A DNA stretch of 64,000 bases from an uncultured Gammaproteobacteria bacterium (GTDB lineage Bacteria > Patescibacteriota > Microgenomatia > UBA8517), in assembly GCA_964583105.1 (NCBI GenBank), contig CAZOUV010000001.1:65617-129616 (forward strand), written 5' to 3'. The position numbers were made by a program, and so were the translations under genes. Under the pieces are notes generated by a model, which saw only the letters and a list, made by a program, of their open reading frames with translations, ran no database searches and was not told the DNA's origin. Positions 48,134 through 57,796 of the stretch are shown here, piece by piece (positions within the stretch are counted from its first letter, which is position 1; the number at the start of each line of letters is the position of its first letter).

Positions 48134-49020
48134 TGAAGTGAAACAATCATTTCAGCTAAGAGTCCTGTTGTAATTAACTGAACTCCTATAATCATCAAAA
48201 GTATTCCCAAAAAGAGAAGCGGGTGTTTGTACTGTATGCTTCCGGTTGTAAATCTTAAGTAGGTAATATAGAGTCCTATTACAAATCCGAAAAAGAAAGA
48301 AACAATCCCTGCTGTCCCAAAAAAGTGTGCAGGGCGTTTTAGATACCCTGTTAAAAATACGACAGTCATCATATCCAAAAATCCTTTGATGTTTCTTTGC
48401 CATCCGAATTTACTTTTACCGTATTTTCTGCGTCTGTGTTCGACAACCACTTCAGTCACTTTGTAGTTCTGTTTTTCTGCAATTATCGGAATATATTTAT
48501 AGAGTTCACCATAAAGATGTAGGTTTTTTGCAACTTCCTTTCTGTATGCCTTAAATCCGCAGTTTAAATCATGAATTTTAATTCCAGTTAAAAGTCTGCT
48601 TACCCAATTGCCTATCTTTGAAGGAATTGTTTTTGACAAAGGATCGTGTCTTTCCTTTTTCCATCCGGAAACGACATCGTAACCATCGTTTAATTTATTC
48701 AGAAATTTTTGTATCTCTTTGGGATTGTCTTGAAGATCTCCGTCCATTGAGAATATGATTTCGCCTTGGGCAAGATCAAAGCCGTGCTGTAAAGCAACGG
48801 ATTTTCCGAAAGTACCCCTGTGTTTTATTATCTTTATTCTTTTATCCTTATTTTTAAGTTTTTCGATAACAGAATGGGTTGCATCTGTGGAGCCGTCATC
48901 GATAAATATAAATTCAAAATTATCTGTAATCTTTTTAAGGTTAGAAATAAGCTCTTGATAGAGAATGGGAAGGTTTTTCTCCTCGTTTTTGACCGGAATA
49001 ACAAAAGAAAGCTCTATCAT
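48112..49020 (-). CDS. GtrB/ArnC-like polyprenol-phosphate glycosyltransferase (GT2 with C-terminal TM anchor)
   Basis: 'LSFVIPVKNEEKNL', 'FIFIDDGSTDAT', 'FSMDGDLQDNPKEI' (the ArnC/GtrB 'DGDLQDPPE' motif), two C-terminal TM helices. Confidence 0.75.
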   Translation of the reverse strand: MIELSFVIPVKNEEKNLPILYQELISNLKKITDNFEFIFIDDGSTDATHSVIEKLKNKDKRIKIIKHRGTFGKSVALQHGFDLAQGEIIFSMDGDLQDNPKEIQKFLNKLNDGYDVVSGWKKERHDPLSKTIPSKIGNWVSRLLTGIKIHDLNCGFKAYRKEVAKNLHLYGELYKYIPIIAEKQNYKVTEVVVEHRRRKYGKSKFGWQRNIKGFLDMMTVVFLTGYLKRPAHFFGTAGIVSFFFGFVIGLYITYLRFTTGSIQYKHPLLFLGILLMIIGVQLITTGLLAEMIVSLHQKENKY

Positions 49021-49064
49021 TTTTGTTATAACCGATTATACATTAAATATGTTAATATTTGCCT
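49021..49064. promoter_or_regulatory. Divergent AT-rich promoter region between 48112(-) and 49065(+)
   Basis: TTGTTA and TATACA/TAATAT hexamers in the 44-nt gap; only inferred. Confidence 0.25.
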
Positions 49065-49796
49065 ATGTATAAGGCGAAAACCGTTTCCGTTATTTTTGGG
49101 ACGTACAGAGAGAAAAAATCCATTAGAAAGGCAATTGACGATATCTTTTCCACTGGTTTTGTTGATGAAGTTGTCGTTGTAAACAACAACGCTGAAAAAG
49201 GAACGGATACCGAAATTAAAAAAACAAAAGCAAAGCTATATTATGAAAAAAGACAAGGATATGGTTGGGCGTATCAGGCGGCAATGGCAAATGCTACGGG
49301 TGATTATATTATTACAACCGAAGTTGACGGTACGTTTGACGCAAAAGATATTGAAAGACTCTTGGTATACGCCGAAGATTATGAAATCGTACAGGGCTCA
49401 AGGACGAGTTTGATTGGTTCTCTTGAAGGAATAAACGGAATGAATTTGACAAGAAAATGGATGAATGTTTTTGTGGCAAAGACAATAGAATTTCTTTTCA
49501 ATACAAACGCACTTACAGATGTCGGTTGCACATTCAGGCTTATAAAAAGAAAGACTTACAATAAATTAAAAAAATACTGGGTTAAAAAAGACGCACTTTT
49601 TAATACCGAAGTTTTGGTCTCGGCAATAGCCAATAAGGTAAGTTTTGTGGAAATTCCAGTTTCTTATCGCAAAAGAGTCGGTAAATCGCAGATACTGGGA
49701 AGTTTCATGAAGGAAGCCCAGTGGGCCATAAAAATACAAATCTATATATTCTACAGTTGGCTTAGATTTATAATTAAAAAGATATATGGCAAGTAA
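49065..49796 (+). CDS. GT2, DPM1-like polyprenol-phosphate glycosyltransferase
   Basis: TTG at 49059, first ATG at 49065; 'VSVIFGTYREKKSI', 'EVDGTFDAKDI', no TM. Confidence 0.55.
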   Translation: MYKAKTVSVIFGTYREKKSIRKAIDDIFSTGFVDEVVVVNNNAEKGTDTEIKKTKAKLYYEKRQGYGWAYQAAMANATGDYIITTEVDGTFDAKDIERLLVYAEDYEIVQGSRTSLIGSLEGINGMNLTRKWMNVFVAKTIEFLFNTNALTDVGCTFRLIKRKTYNKLKKYWVKKDALFNTEVLVSAIANKVSFVEIPVSYRKRVGKSQILGSFMKEAQWAIKIQIYIFYSWLRFIIKKIYGK

Positions 49797-50799
49797 GTTG
49801 GCTAAAGTTTCCATAGTAATTGCTACCCTTAACTCGGGCAGGACTATTGTTCCATGCCTTTCGTCAATCTCCACACAAAAATATTCCGGAGAAGTTGAGA
49901 TAGTTATTGCTGACGGAGGAAGCACAGATTCCACAATTGAAATCGCCGAATCTTTTCGAGCTAAGATAGTTACAAACCCACTCAAGACTGGAGAAGCAGG
50001 TAAAGCGGTCGGAATTAGAAAGGCGACAGGCGAAATTATTGCCCTTATTGATTCCGATAATATTCTCCCCGATGATTTATGGCTTGAAAAGATGGTAAGG
50101 CCATTTTCAAATTCCGAAGTTGTCGCCACGGAACCTTTATATTTTACCTACAGAAAAAGCGACAAATTATTAACTAGATATTTTGCACTTTTGGGAATGG
50201 GGGATCCACTAACGCTTTTTTTGGGAAACTATGATCGTCTAAGCCACCTTACAGGTAAATGGACTGAGATGAAAATCAAAACCAAAGAGAAAAAAGATTT
50301 AATAGAACTTTATTTGAGGGATAAAATGCCAACCATAGGAGCAAACGGCTTTTTGATCAGAAAAAAAGAAATTGAAAGATATATACCTTCAAAATATCTT
50401 TTTGATATCGATTTGCTTAAGGAAATTGCTGCCGATAGACAAATTTTGGTGGTAAAAGTAAAAATCGGAATAATCCATATCTTTAGTGGAGATATTGCAA
50501 CTTTTATAAGGAAGCAAAAAAGAAGAATACGGGATTTTTTGCATTACAGAAAATCAGGTATGAGGAAGGATCAGGTTGATAAAATAACATCTATTTGGGG
50601 AGTGACAAAATTTATTGCTTCTTGTTTGACGGTTGTTCCACTTGTATTTCAGTCAATCAAAGGTTATTTGAAAAAACCCGATCCTGCTTGGTTTTTTCAC
50701 CCATTGGCTTGCTATATTACTTTATTTGTTTATTCAACGGAGTTAGTTAGAAGTTTTTTTACAACATCCGAATTAAACAGAACTAACTGGAAACAATGA
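49786..50799 (+). CDS. Family 2 glycosyltransferase
   Basis: 'VSIVIATLNSGRTI...EIVIADGGSTDST', 'LIDSDNILP'. Confidence 0.65.
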   Translation: MASKLAKVSIVIATLNSGRTIVPCLSSISTQKYSGEVEIVIADGGSTDSTIEIAESFRAKIVTNPLKTGEAGKAVGIRKATGEIIALIDSDNILPDDLWLEKMVRPFSNSEVVATEPLYFTYRKSDKLLTRYFALLGMGDPLTLFLGNYDRLSHLTGKWTEMKIKTKEKKDLIELYLRDKMPTIGANGFLIRKKEIERYIPSKYLFDIDLLKEIAADRQILVVKVKIGIIHIFSGDIATFIRKQKRRIRDFLHYRKSGMRKDQVDKITSIWGVTKFIASCLTVVPLVFQSIKGYLKKPDPAWFFHPLACYITLFVYSTELVRSFFTTSELNRTNWKQ

Positions 50800-51836
50800 A
50801 AAATTATCCTCTTGTATCTATTCTTATGGCCAATTGGAATGGTGGGAAAGTATACGAAGATACACTATCTTCGCTTTCAAAAATAACCTATCCGAATTGG
50901 GAACTAGTGGTTGTAGATAACGGTTCTTCTGACGGAACAACCAAACTTCCACTTAATCGGAAGTTTGGTATTAAAAAATTTAAGTTAATAGAAAACAAAA
51001 CAAATTTGGGATTTGCTCCGGCCAATAATCAAGGATATGAAGTCTCAAGGGGTAAATACATTCTTCTTTTAAATAACGACACCTTGGTGGAAAAAGACTT
51101 TTTGGAAATTATGGTTAAAAAAATGGAAAAAGACGCAACTATTGGGGTAATGCAGCCCAAAATAAAGATGATGGATAATCCCGAGCTTTTGGACAATGCA
51201 GGGTCTTTTTTTACCAATATTGGATTTCTGGAACACTGGGGATTTATGAAAAATGACGGACTGGAGTTTAATATAGAAAAAGATGTGTTTTCAGTGAAGG
51301 GCGCATGTATGCTTACAAGAAAAAGCCTAATTGAAAAATTGGGTTTATTTGACGACGATTTTATATCTTACTTTGAGGAAAGCGATTACTGTTGGAGAGT
51401 TTGGCTTGCTGGTCTCAGGTGTGTATTTTACCCGGCAACTTTTATCCGTCATAAAGTGGGTTTTACCATAAGAAGACTTGATGTCGGAAACTTAAACTGG
51501 CATTACTATAAAAATAGGATATGTTCTCTTATAAAGAACTTGGGGATAGCGAGATTATTCCTTATTCTACCCGTTCATCTATGCATTTCCGTTGCAATTT
51601 CAATCGCATTTATTCTTAAGGGGCAACTATCAAGTTCTGCGATAGTCTGGAAGGCAATATGGTGGAATCTGGTTAATATCAGAAAGACACTAATTAAACG
51701 TAAAAAAGTTCAAAATATGCGAAAAGTGAGTGATTCTTTACTTTTCAAAAAAATATCAAGACCCATCGACTTAAAAATGTTTATTGGTGATTTTGCCAGA
51801 GTCAGTAAGGATATTTCCCTAAGAAAAACTAGATGA
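50796..51836 (+). CDS. Family 2 glycosyltransferase with C-terminal membrane segment
   Basis: 'VSILMANWNGGKVY...LVVVDNGSSDGT', 'LLNNDTLV', 'YFEESDYCWRVWLAG'; C-terminal TM helix. Confidence 0.65.
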   Translation: MKNYPLVSILMANWNGGKVYEDTLSSLSKITYPNWELVVVDNGSSDGTTKLPLNRKFGIKKFKLIENKTNLGFAPANNQGYEVSRGKYILLLNNDTLVEKDFLEIMVKKMEKDATIGVMQPKIKMMDNPELLDNAGSFFTNIGFLEHWGFMKNDGLEFNIEKDVFSVKGACMLTRKSLIEKLGLFDDDFISYFEESDYCWRVWLAGLRCVFYPATFIRHKVGFTIRRLDVGNLNWHYYKNRICSLIKNLGIARLFLILPVHLCISVAISIAFILKGQLSSSAIVWKAIWWNLVNIRKTLIKRKKVQNMRKVSDSLLFKKISRPIDLKMFIGDFARVSKDISLRKTR

Positions 51837-53064
51837 TTTTTGGTTTTGGAACCGGAATTATGAATTTTCCCCCCGCCCTTTTATAATATTCGAGTTTTTG
51901 AATAATCGGTTTTGCGTAATTCCAAGAAAGGATTAAAAGGTAGTCCGGAGGATTTTTCTTTATTTCTGCTACTTTCAGAATGGGTATATGTGTTCCGGGT
52001 GTAAATAGACCTACCTTAAGTGGATTATCGTCAACTATGTATTCCAGGATTTTTTTATCAATTGCAAAATAGTTTAAAAGGGTAGTGGATCTTCCCGGAG
52101 CTCCGTAACCTGCGATTTTTTTGCCCTGTTTTTTAAGCTTAAGGAGCATTTTGTTTAAATCAGTTTTTGTTTTTTTGATTTTCTTAAAGAAAATATCATA
52201 AGTGGGAATTTTATTAAGTTTATTTTCTTTTTCCAATTTCAAGTATTTTGAAACCGATTTCGAAGTTTTAAATTTACCTATACTTTTTTGAACAAATATC
52301 ATTAAAGATCCTCCTTGAACGGGAGTTTTTTTAATATCAACTATTTTCATTTTGAATCTTTGGAAAAATTTACTTAAAGGTGAAATTGCCAGATATGAAA
52401 GGTGTTCATGATAAATTGAATCGAAAACATTATCTTTGATTAGGTTTAAAACATAAGGAAATTCGATAATAAAAACACCGTTGTCGTCGAGAAGTATGTT
52501 CACCGCTTTAACGATTTCATCCAAATCGTTTATGTGAGCAAATACGTTGTTGGCCGGAATTATTTGTGCCTTGCCGTATTTTTTGACAATTTTTGCCGAG
52601 ATTTTTGTATTAAAAAAATCCGCAATTGTGTAAATGCCTTCAGCCGTAGCAGTTCTTGCGATATTTTTTGCAGGATCAACCCCAAGCACTTTTAAGCCCC
52701 CTTTTTTGAATTCTTTAAGAAGTGTTCCGTCGTTACTTCCAATTTCTACAACCAGACTCATTTTGGTAGGTTTGATTTTTTTTATGACCGTTTCGGCGTA
52801 GGTCACAAAATGATCTTTCATTACACTTGATAAATAAGTATAGGAAGAAAACATTAATTCAGGATTTACAACATGAGAAAGCTGGAGCTGTCCGCAGTCT
52901 TTGCAAAAGTTCACCTTAAGAGGAAAGATATTTTCTTTGCTGTTTAAATCTTTCTTTTTAAGGAGATTATTTGGTGGGGGACTATTACCTAGATCGATTA
53001 CAGGTTTTAGATCTATCGACTTACATAGGCGACAACGCTTGAGAATAAATGCGGGTTTTGTCAT
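51829..53064 (-). CDS. NDP-hexose C-methyltransferase family protein (TylCIII/EvaC-like; Zn-ribbon + SAM MTase + C-MTase C-terminal domain)
   Basis: N-terminal 'CRLCKS...CKDCGQLQL' Zn-ribbon (Methyltransf_13-like), 'VVEIGSNDGTLLKEFKKGGLKVLGVDP' SAM site, ~410 aa like TylC3. Confidence 0.6.
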   Translation of the reverse strand: MTKPAFILKRCRLCKSIDLKPVIDLGNSPPPNNLLKKKDLNSKENIFPLKVNFCKDCGQLQLSHVVNPELMFSSYTYLSSVMKDHFVTYAETVIKKIKPTKMSLVVEIGSNDGTLLKEFKKGGLKVLGVDPAKNIARTATAEGIYTIADFFNTKISAKIVKKYGKAQIIPANNVFAHINDLDEIVKAVNILLDDNGVFIIEFPYVLNLIKDNVFDSIYHEHLSYLAISPLSKFFQRFKMKIVDIKKTPVQGGSLMIFVQKSIGKFKTSKSVSKYLKLEKENKLNKIPTYDIFFKKIKKTKTDLNKMLLKLKKQGKKIAGYGAPGRSTTLLNYFAIDKKILEYIVDDNPLKVGLFTPGTHIPILKVAEIKKNPPDYLLILSWNYAKPIIQKLEYYKRAGGKFIIPVPKPKII

Positions 53065-53453
53065 TTGACAAGGGTAACTCTTACGATTTCTTTCTCGTAT
53101 TTTTTCTGATCCCTTTCCTCGGTCGTAAATACGTAGAAGACTGTGTCTTCGAGAAACCTGGTTGCGTGAATTACATTCGGCCCAGTAAGAACCAAATCCC
53201 CAGCCTTCATTAATACGCTCTGTATTTTTGCCTTTGGCTTATCTGCCGGTTTTTCATAGTATCTTAATTTACCGCTTTCAAGAATAATCCAGTGATGATC
53301 CCTTTTGTGATAATGGTTTGCTCGGAGAGTACCTTTCTTGCTTGTAATTCTTAAAATCGACTTGACGCGGATTTTGTCGGGATCAAGAATTCTGGTAATT
53401 CCCCCCCTTTCGTCAATAAATTCTGGTTTGGTATGAACAATCTTTATTTTCAT
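53061..53453 (-). CDS. Cupin-fold sugar-nucleotide isomerase/epimerase (FdtA/WxcM-like or WbuC-like)
   Basis: 130 aa single cupin; 'ANHYHKRDHHW' His cluster, 'GPNVIHATRF'; lies between rfbB and the C-methyltransferase. Confidence 0.45.
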   Translation of the reverse strand: MKIKIVHTKPEFIDERGGITRILDPDKIRVKSILRITSKKGTLRANHYHKRDHHWIILESGKLRYYEKPADKPKAKIQSVLMKAGDLVLTGPNVIHATRFLEDTVFYVFTTEERDQKKYEKEIVRVTLVK

Positions 53454-53459
53454 AGAATA

Positions 53460-54488
53460 CTAGCGATTGTAATTTATGGAATTTACAAAATCAACAACCA
53501 TCTGTTTAACAAGACCTTTTTTTCTCGATTTGATTAAAGGTTCCCACCACCACCTGTTATTCGCGTACCAAAAAACGGTTTTTTTAAGCCAGTTTTCAAA
53601 AGAATCTTCCGGTTTCCATCCAAGTTTTAAAATTTTTGAATTGTCTATGGCATACCTGAAATCATTAACAGCTCTATCTCCGACAAATCCTATTAGAGAA
53701 GAATCTTCACCAAAAATATTGACAATATTTGTAGCAACTTCTAGATTTGTTTTTTCTACTCCTCCCACGCAGTAACTTTCCCCGATTTTTCCGTTTTTTA
53801 TAATCAAATCAACCGCTCGGTTATGATCGTCAACGGATATCCACGATCTTATGTTTTTGCCTTCTCCAGCAAGAGGAATCTTTTGTTTATTAAGAATTTT
53901 AGTAATGAAATTCGGTATCATTTTTTCGGGATCTTGATAAGGACCGAAATTGTTTGAACAATTTGTAATGGTCACCGGAAGACCGTATGCAGTGTAATAA
54001 CTTTTAACCATTAAATCGCTTGCTGCCTTACTTGCGGCATAAGGACTTTTTGGATTAAGATGTGTATTTTCATTAAAAGGGGGATCATTTGGTTTCAATT
54101 CACCGAATACTTCATCCGTAGAAATATGATGAAACCTTTTCCTTCCGTGTCTAAGGCAGGCATCTAGAAGAACGCATGTGCCCGAAACATTGGTTCTAGC
54201 AAAAACCATCGGATCTTCAATGGATCTGTCGACATGGCTTTCTGCCGCAAAATGTACAACCAAATCCACATCTTTAATGACAGAATCAACATCGTATTTG
54301 TTGACTATATCTCCCTTGAAAAATGTATAATGCGGGTTTTTGTCAACTCCCTTAAGATTTTCCAAATGTCCGGCGTAAGTTAATTTATCAAAATTTACTA
54401 TATGATCTTCGGGGTATTTATTAAGCCAATAGCGGATAAAATTGCTTCCTATAAAACCCGCTCCGCCGGTAATTAATAATTTAGACAT
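53460..54488 (-). CDS. rfbB: dTDP-glucose 4,6-dehydratase
   Basis: 'LITGGAGFIGSNF', 'LTYAGHLENL', 'HFAAESHVDRSIEDP', 'TNVSGTCVLLDA', catalytic 'YAASKAASD'. Confidence 0.9.
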   Translation of the reverse strand: MSKLLITGGAGFIGSNFIRYWLNKYPEDHIVNFDKLTYAGHLENLKGVDKNPHYTFFKGDIVNKYDVDSVIKDVDLVVHFAAESHVDRSIEDPMVFARTNVSGTCVLLDACLRHGRKRFHHISTDEVFGELKPNDPPFNENTHLNPKSPYAASKAASDLMVKSYYTAYGLPVTITNCSNNFGPYQDPEKMIPNFITKILNKQKIPLAGEGKNIRSWISVDDHNRAVDLIIKNGKIGESYCVGGVEKTNLEVATNIVNIFGEDSSLIGFVGDRAVNDFRYAIDNSKILKLGWKPEDSFENWLKKTVFWYANNRWWWEPLIKSRKKGLVKQMVVDFVNSINYNR

Positions 54489-55179
54489 AGATTTTCCACC
54501 AGAATTTAAACATGCTTAACAATAATTTGAAAATATTTCTTGTATCCGTGATCTTACTTGCACCCGCAAATCTAGGTCTGTAGGGTGAAGCAATCTCGGC
54601 AATTTTAAGACCTCTTTTTTGAAATTCTATCAGTGTTTCAACCAGGCAAAATAGTCCAGAGTTTGAATCTATTGTAAGTTTGGTAAGTTCCTTCCTTTTC
54701 CAAATATAAGACCAATGCACATCTTCGTACTTGATACCAAATAATAGTCTATAAAGAAGCATTCCTCCGTAAGAAAGAATAAATCTGTATAAATCATAGT
54801 CTATTCTTTTTCCCCTTATTCCGATGGTTAAGTCATAATTTCCCATTACCTTAATGCTGTTTACCATATCTCGTATAAGATCTTGCCCGTTTCCCTGCAT
54901 GTTTGCGACATAATCTTTTTTTGCTGTTTTTATTCCTATAGCCAATGCTTTCGCATAGCCGAAGTGTTTTTGAGAAATTACATTTACTCTTTTAAATTTT
55001 TTCCCAAAAGATTTTATAATTGCGGGAGTTTTATCTTTTGAACCGTCATCGATAATTATTATTTCGAAATTTGAAACAAGTTGGGGAAGATTTTTTAATG
55101 TATCATCCAAAACATAGCCTATTGAATTTTCTTCGTTATAAACAGGAATAATAATTGAAAGAGACGGACTCTTTTTCAT
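54481..55179 (-). CDS. GT2, DPM1-like polyprenol-phosphate glycosyltransferase
   Basis: 'LSIIIPVYNEENSI', 'EIIIIDDGSKDKT', 232 aa with no TM. Confidence 0.6.
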   Translation of the reverse strand: MKKSPSLSIIIPVYNEENSIGYVLDDTLKNLPQLVSNFEIIIIDDGSKDKTPAIIKSFGKKFKRVNVISQKHFGYAKALAIGIKTAKKDYVANMQGNGQDLIRDMVNSIKVMGNYDLTIGIRGKRIDYDLYRFILSYGGMLLYRLLFGIKYEDVHWSYIWKRKELTKLTIDSNSGLFCLVETLIEFQKRGLKIAEIASPYRPRFAGASKITDTRNIFKLLLSMFKFWWKIYV

Positions 55180-55208
55180 TTGAGCCGATTGTATGGATAA
55201 AGCCGGAG

Positions 55209-55916
55209 TTAGTCAAGAAGACCAAGACGCATTTTTAACGCTTCACTAAACATTGAATATGCTGTTTTAAAATTACCAAGGCTTGTTTTGCCCGCTTTTC
55301 TTGGTTTGTAGTAGGATTTTGCTTCAACAACTTTAAAATTATTTTTTAATGCTTTAATAACTATCTCTGTATCAAAAAATGGTGTTACGGAATTAATTTT
55401 AATTTTTTTGAATATTTCTTTTCTGTACGCCTGTGACCATCCCACATCTTTATACTTAAGACCAAAAAGAAGATATATCATAGCTAAATATCCCCAAGAA
55501 AAAAGTTTTCTAAGAGGTGTGTAATCGAAACGATTGGTCCTAACCCCCAAAACAATATCGGCTTTTTCTATCTTTTTAAGAAGGTCCACTTGATCCGAGA
55601 ATGGCTGTTGTCCATCACCTTCTATATATAGTATTGTTTCCTTTCTTGCATTTTTGATTCCTGTTTTCCATGCCGTTGCCAAACCCATATTTTTCTTATG
55701 ACTAACAGCTCTTACGTTTTTATATTTATTGGCAAGATTTTGGGCAACCTTTCCGGTTTTATCGCTAGACCCGTCGTTAATAATAATAATTTCGAAATCT
55801 TCGCAGATTTTATTTGCGTAAAAATTCGTATCTTTGATAAGTTTAGGCAAGTTTCCTTCCTCGTTGTATGAGGGGATGATTACGGAGAGGGATTTATTGA
55901 ACTTAAAGGTTTTCAT
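55209..55916 (-). CDS. GT2, DPM1-like polyprenol-phosphate glycosyltransferase
   Basis: 'LSVIIPSYNEEGNL', 'EIIIINDGSSDKT', 235 aa with no TM. Confidence 0.6.
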   Translation of the reverse strand: MKTFKFNKSLSVIIPSYNEEGNLPKLIKDTNFYANKICEDFEIIIINDGSSDKTGKVAQNLANKYKNVRAVSHKKNMGLATAWKTGIKNARKETILYIEGDGQQPFSDQVDLLKKIEKADIVLGVRTNRFDYTPLRKLFSWGYLAMIYLLFGLKYKDVGWSQAYRKEIFKKIKINSVTPFFDTEIVIKALKNNFKVVEAKSYYKPRKAGKTSLGNFKTAYSMFSEALKMRLGLLD

Positions 55917-55938
55917 TCGTGATATTATATTTCAAGTC

Positions 55939-56667
55939 ATGCTTAAAAGCCATTATAAAGATGTGTTTCAAAATCAGTTTAGACATTGGTGGTATTTGGG
56001 AATGGCCGAAATAAACAAAATTCTCTTAAATAAATATCTGCCTAAAAAACACAATCTTAAAATACTTGATGCCGGGTGTGGTCCAGGTGCTATGCTTAAG
56101 GTCCTTAAAAGTTATGGAGAAGTTATCGGAATTGATTTATCGGACGAAGCTTTGAAATATGCAGGTACGATTGCTAAAGTTCAAAAGGGAAATATCATCA
56201 AAACAAAATTTAAAAAAGAAAGTTTTGATCTGATTATCTGTATGGATGTTCTTTATCACACATGGGTTAGGGACGAAGCCTTGGCTTTGAGGGAATTTGC
56301 AAGGATAATAAAAAAAGGAGGTCTTCTTCTATTAAGGGAACCTGCGTATGATTGGATGAGAGGAAGAGAGGACAGAGGAAGTCTTACAGCAAGAAGGTTT
56401 TCGAAAAAAAGATTAAAAAAATCCTTAACCGATAATGGATTTGATGTTGTCAGAATGTCCCATGCAAATTTTTTTCTTTTTCCGGCCGTTCTTATTATTC
56501 GGCTTTTAACAATGGCTAAAATTAAAACAGGTAAAAGTGACATGATTTTTCCTTCTAAGTTGATAAATTCAATTTTTGTTTATTTATTAAAGACCGAAGG
56601 TAATCTTATGAAATATCTGTCTTTACCTTTCGGAAGTTCTTTAATCTCTGTTTCAAGAAAAGTATAA
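55939..56667 (+). CDS. Class I SAM-dependent methyltransferase
   Basis: First ATG at 55939 (an upstream in-frame start at 55834 would overlap the divergent gene by 83 nt); 'ILDAGCGPGAMLKVL', 'LLLLREP'. Confidence 0.65.
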   Translation: MLKSHYKDVFQNQFRHWWYLGMAEINKILLNKYLPKKHNLKILDAGCGPGAMLKVLKSYGEVIGIDLSDEALKYAGTIAKVQKGNIIKTKFKKESFDLIICMDVLYHTWVRDEALALREFARIIKKGGLLLLREPAYDWMRGREDRGSLTARRFSKKRLKKSLTDNGFDVVRMSHANFFLFPAVLIIRLLTMAKIKTGKSDMIFPSKLINSIFVYLLKTEGNLMKYLSLPFGSSLISVSRKV

Positions 56668-56676
56668 TAATCCTTC

Positions 56677-57738
56677 ATGTACAAAGATTTATTTGAGAAA
56701 GCAAAACTAAATGAAAGAAAAAGATTAAACCTACCGGAGGGTATAAGTGAAATTAAAGGAAAAAGGGTTTTTAAGATGCTTGATGTCATACTTCCCGAAT
56801 CAGTAATTTTGCCACATAAACAAGTAACAACTGGGGTTATTGAAAAACTAACCTGTATTTATGGAGAAGTATTTGTGGTTTATTTAAACGAAAAAGGGAA
56901 AATAATTAAAGTCTTTTATCTCGACTCAAGAAAGAAAGATAACATTACAATCCCCCTCGGTGTTTATCATTCCATTGTTGCAATTTCTCCGGTTGTTTTA
57001 AAGGAAGAGATGGGGCAGCCAAAAACAAGTTTATATGATTCCAAAAAAGATAAAATATTTGCTCAATGGGGAAAAGATGTTATGAGAAATGTAAACGAAA
57101 GTATCCGAAGATTTTATGCGATAGGCCTTTACGCAAAAAAACCTTGGGAAAAATTCCTTTCGCGTTTTAAATTCTGGGAAGAACCATATGAGGTTGTTGA
57201 CAGAATGCTTCCCGATAGGGGGGTGATAACGGAGTTGGGTTGTGGTGAGGGACTTCTCTGTAATTACCTTGCAATTGCCAAACCCCAAAGAAAAATAATC
57301 GGAATAGAATTGGTCTCCCAAAGAATGAAATTGGCAGAAAAAGGAATTAAAAACACTTCATATAAGGTGGGAGATGTTGTAAAAACTCCTTTTAAGAAAG
57401 CAGATGCATTTATTCTTTTCCATGTTCTTCATCATCTTCCGGGTAAAAAAGCACAAGAAAAGGTATTGTTAAAAGCAAAAAATGCTTTAAATAAAGGCGG
57501 AAAACTTATAATTGTCGATGTGCATGTAACTTTTACTCTTAAATATCTTGCTGCTTGGGTTGCCGATCACTTTCTTGTCCCTTGGGTTTTTGAAAAAAGG
57601 TTTTTTACTCGAGCCTATTTCAGAACCGAACGGGAATGGAAAAAGACTCTTAATAATTTAGGGTTTCGTGTAAAAACAAGAGTTGAAACCAGAGGAAGAC
57701 CCTTCCCCAATATCGTTTTTGAGTGTAATCTGCCTTGA
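56677..57738 (+). CDS. Two-domain protein: N-terminal cupin-like (WxcM/WbuC-like) domain fused to a class I SAM methyltransferase
   Basis: N-terminal ~130 aa beta-rich '[16 protein letters not shown]'; C-terminal '[12 protein letters not shown]', '[12 protein letters not shown]', 'GGKLIIVDV'. Confidence 0.5.
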   Translation: MYKDLFEKAKLNERKRLNLPEGISEIKGKRVFKMLDVILPESVILPHKQVTTGVIEKLTCIYGEVFVVYLNEKGKIIKVFYLDSRKKDNITIPLGVYHSIVAISPVVLKEEMGQPKTSLYDSKKDKIFAQWGKDVMRNVNESIRRFYAIGLYAKKPWEKFLSRFKFWEEPYEVVDRMLPDRGVITELGCGEGLLCNYLAIAKPQRKIIGIELVSQRMKLAEKGIKNTSYKVGDVVKTPFKKADAFILFHVLHHLPGKKAQEKVLLKAKNALNKGGKLIIVDVHVTFTLKYLAAWVADHFLVPWVFEKRFFTRAYFRTEREWKKTLNNLGFRVKTRVETRGRPFPNIVFECNLP

Positions 57739-57796
57739 TGTCATTTATCCGAATTTATTGGACAAAACAGATTGTTTTAAATATACTTCTTCTCAT

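Noticed and set aside
48820-49182. 120-aa plus-strand ORF bridging the 48112(-)/49065(+) divergent region
   Set aside because: Out of frame with both flanking conserved genes and spans their promoter gap; composition-driven ORF.
49566-50129. 187-aa minus-strand ORF spanning two plus-strand GT2 genes
   Set aside because: Antisense shadow ORF fully inside CDSs with clear GT2 domains (49065-49796 and 49786-50799); low-complexity translation with no motifs.
53476-53775. 99-aa plus-strand ORF inside rfbB
   Set aside because: Antisense to a highly conserved dTDP-glucose 4,6-dehydratase coding sequence.
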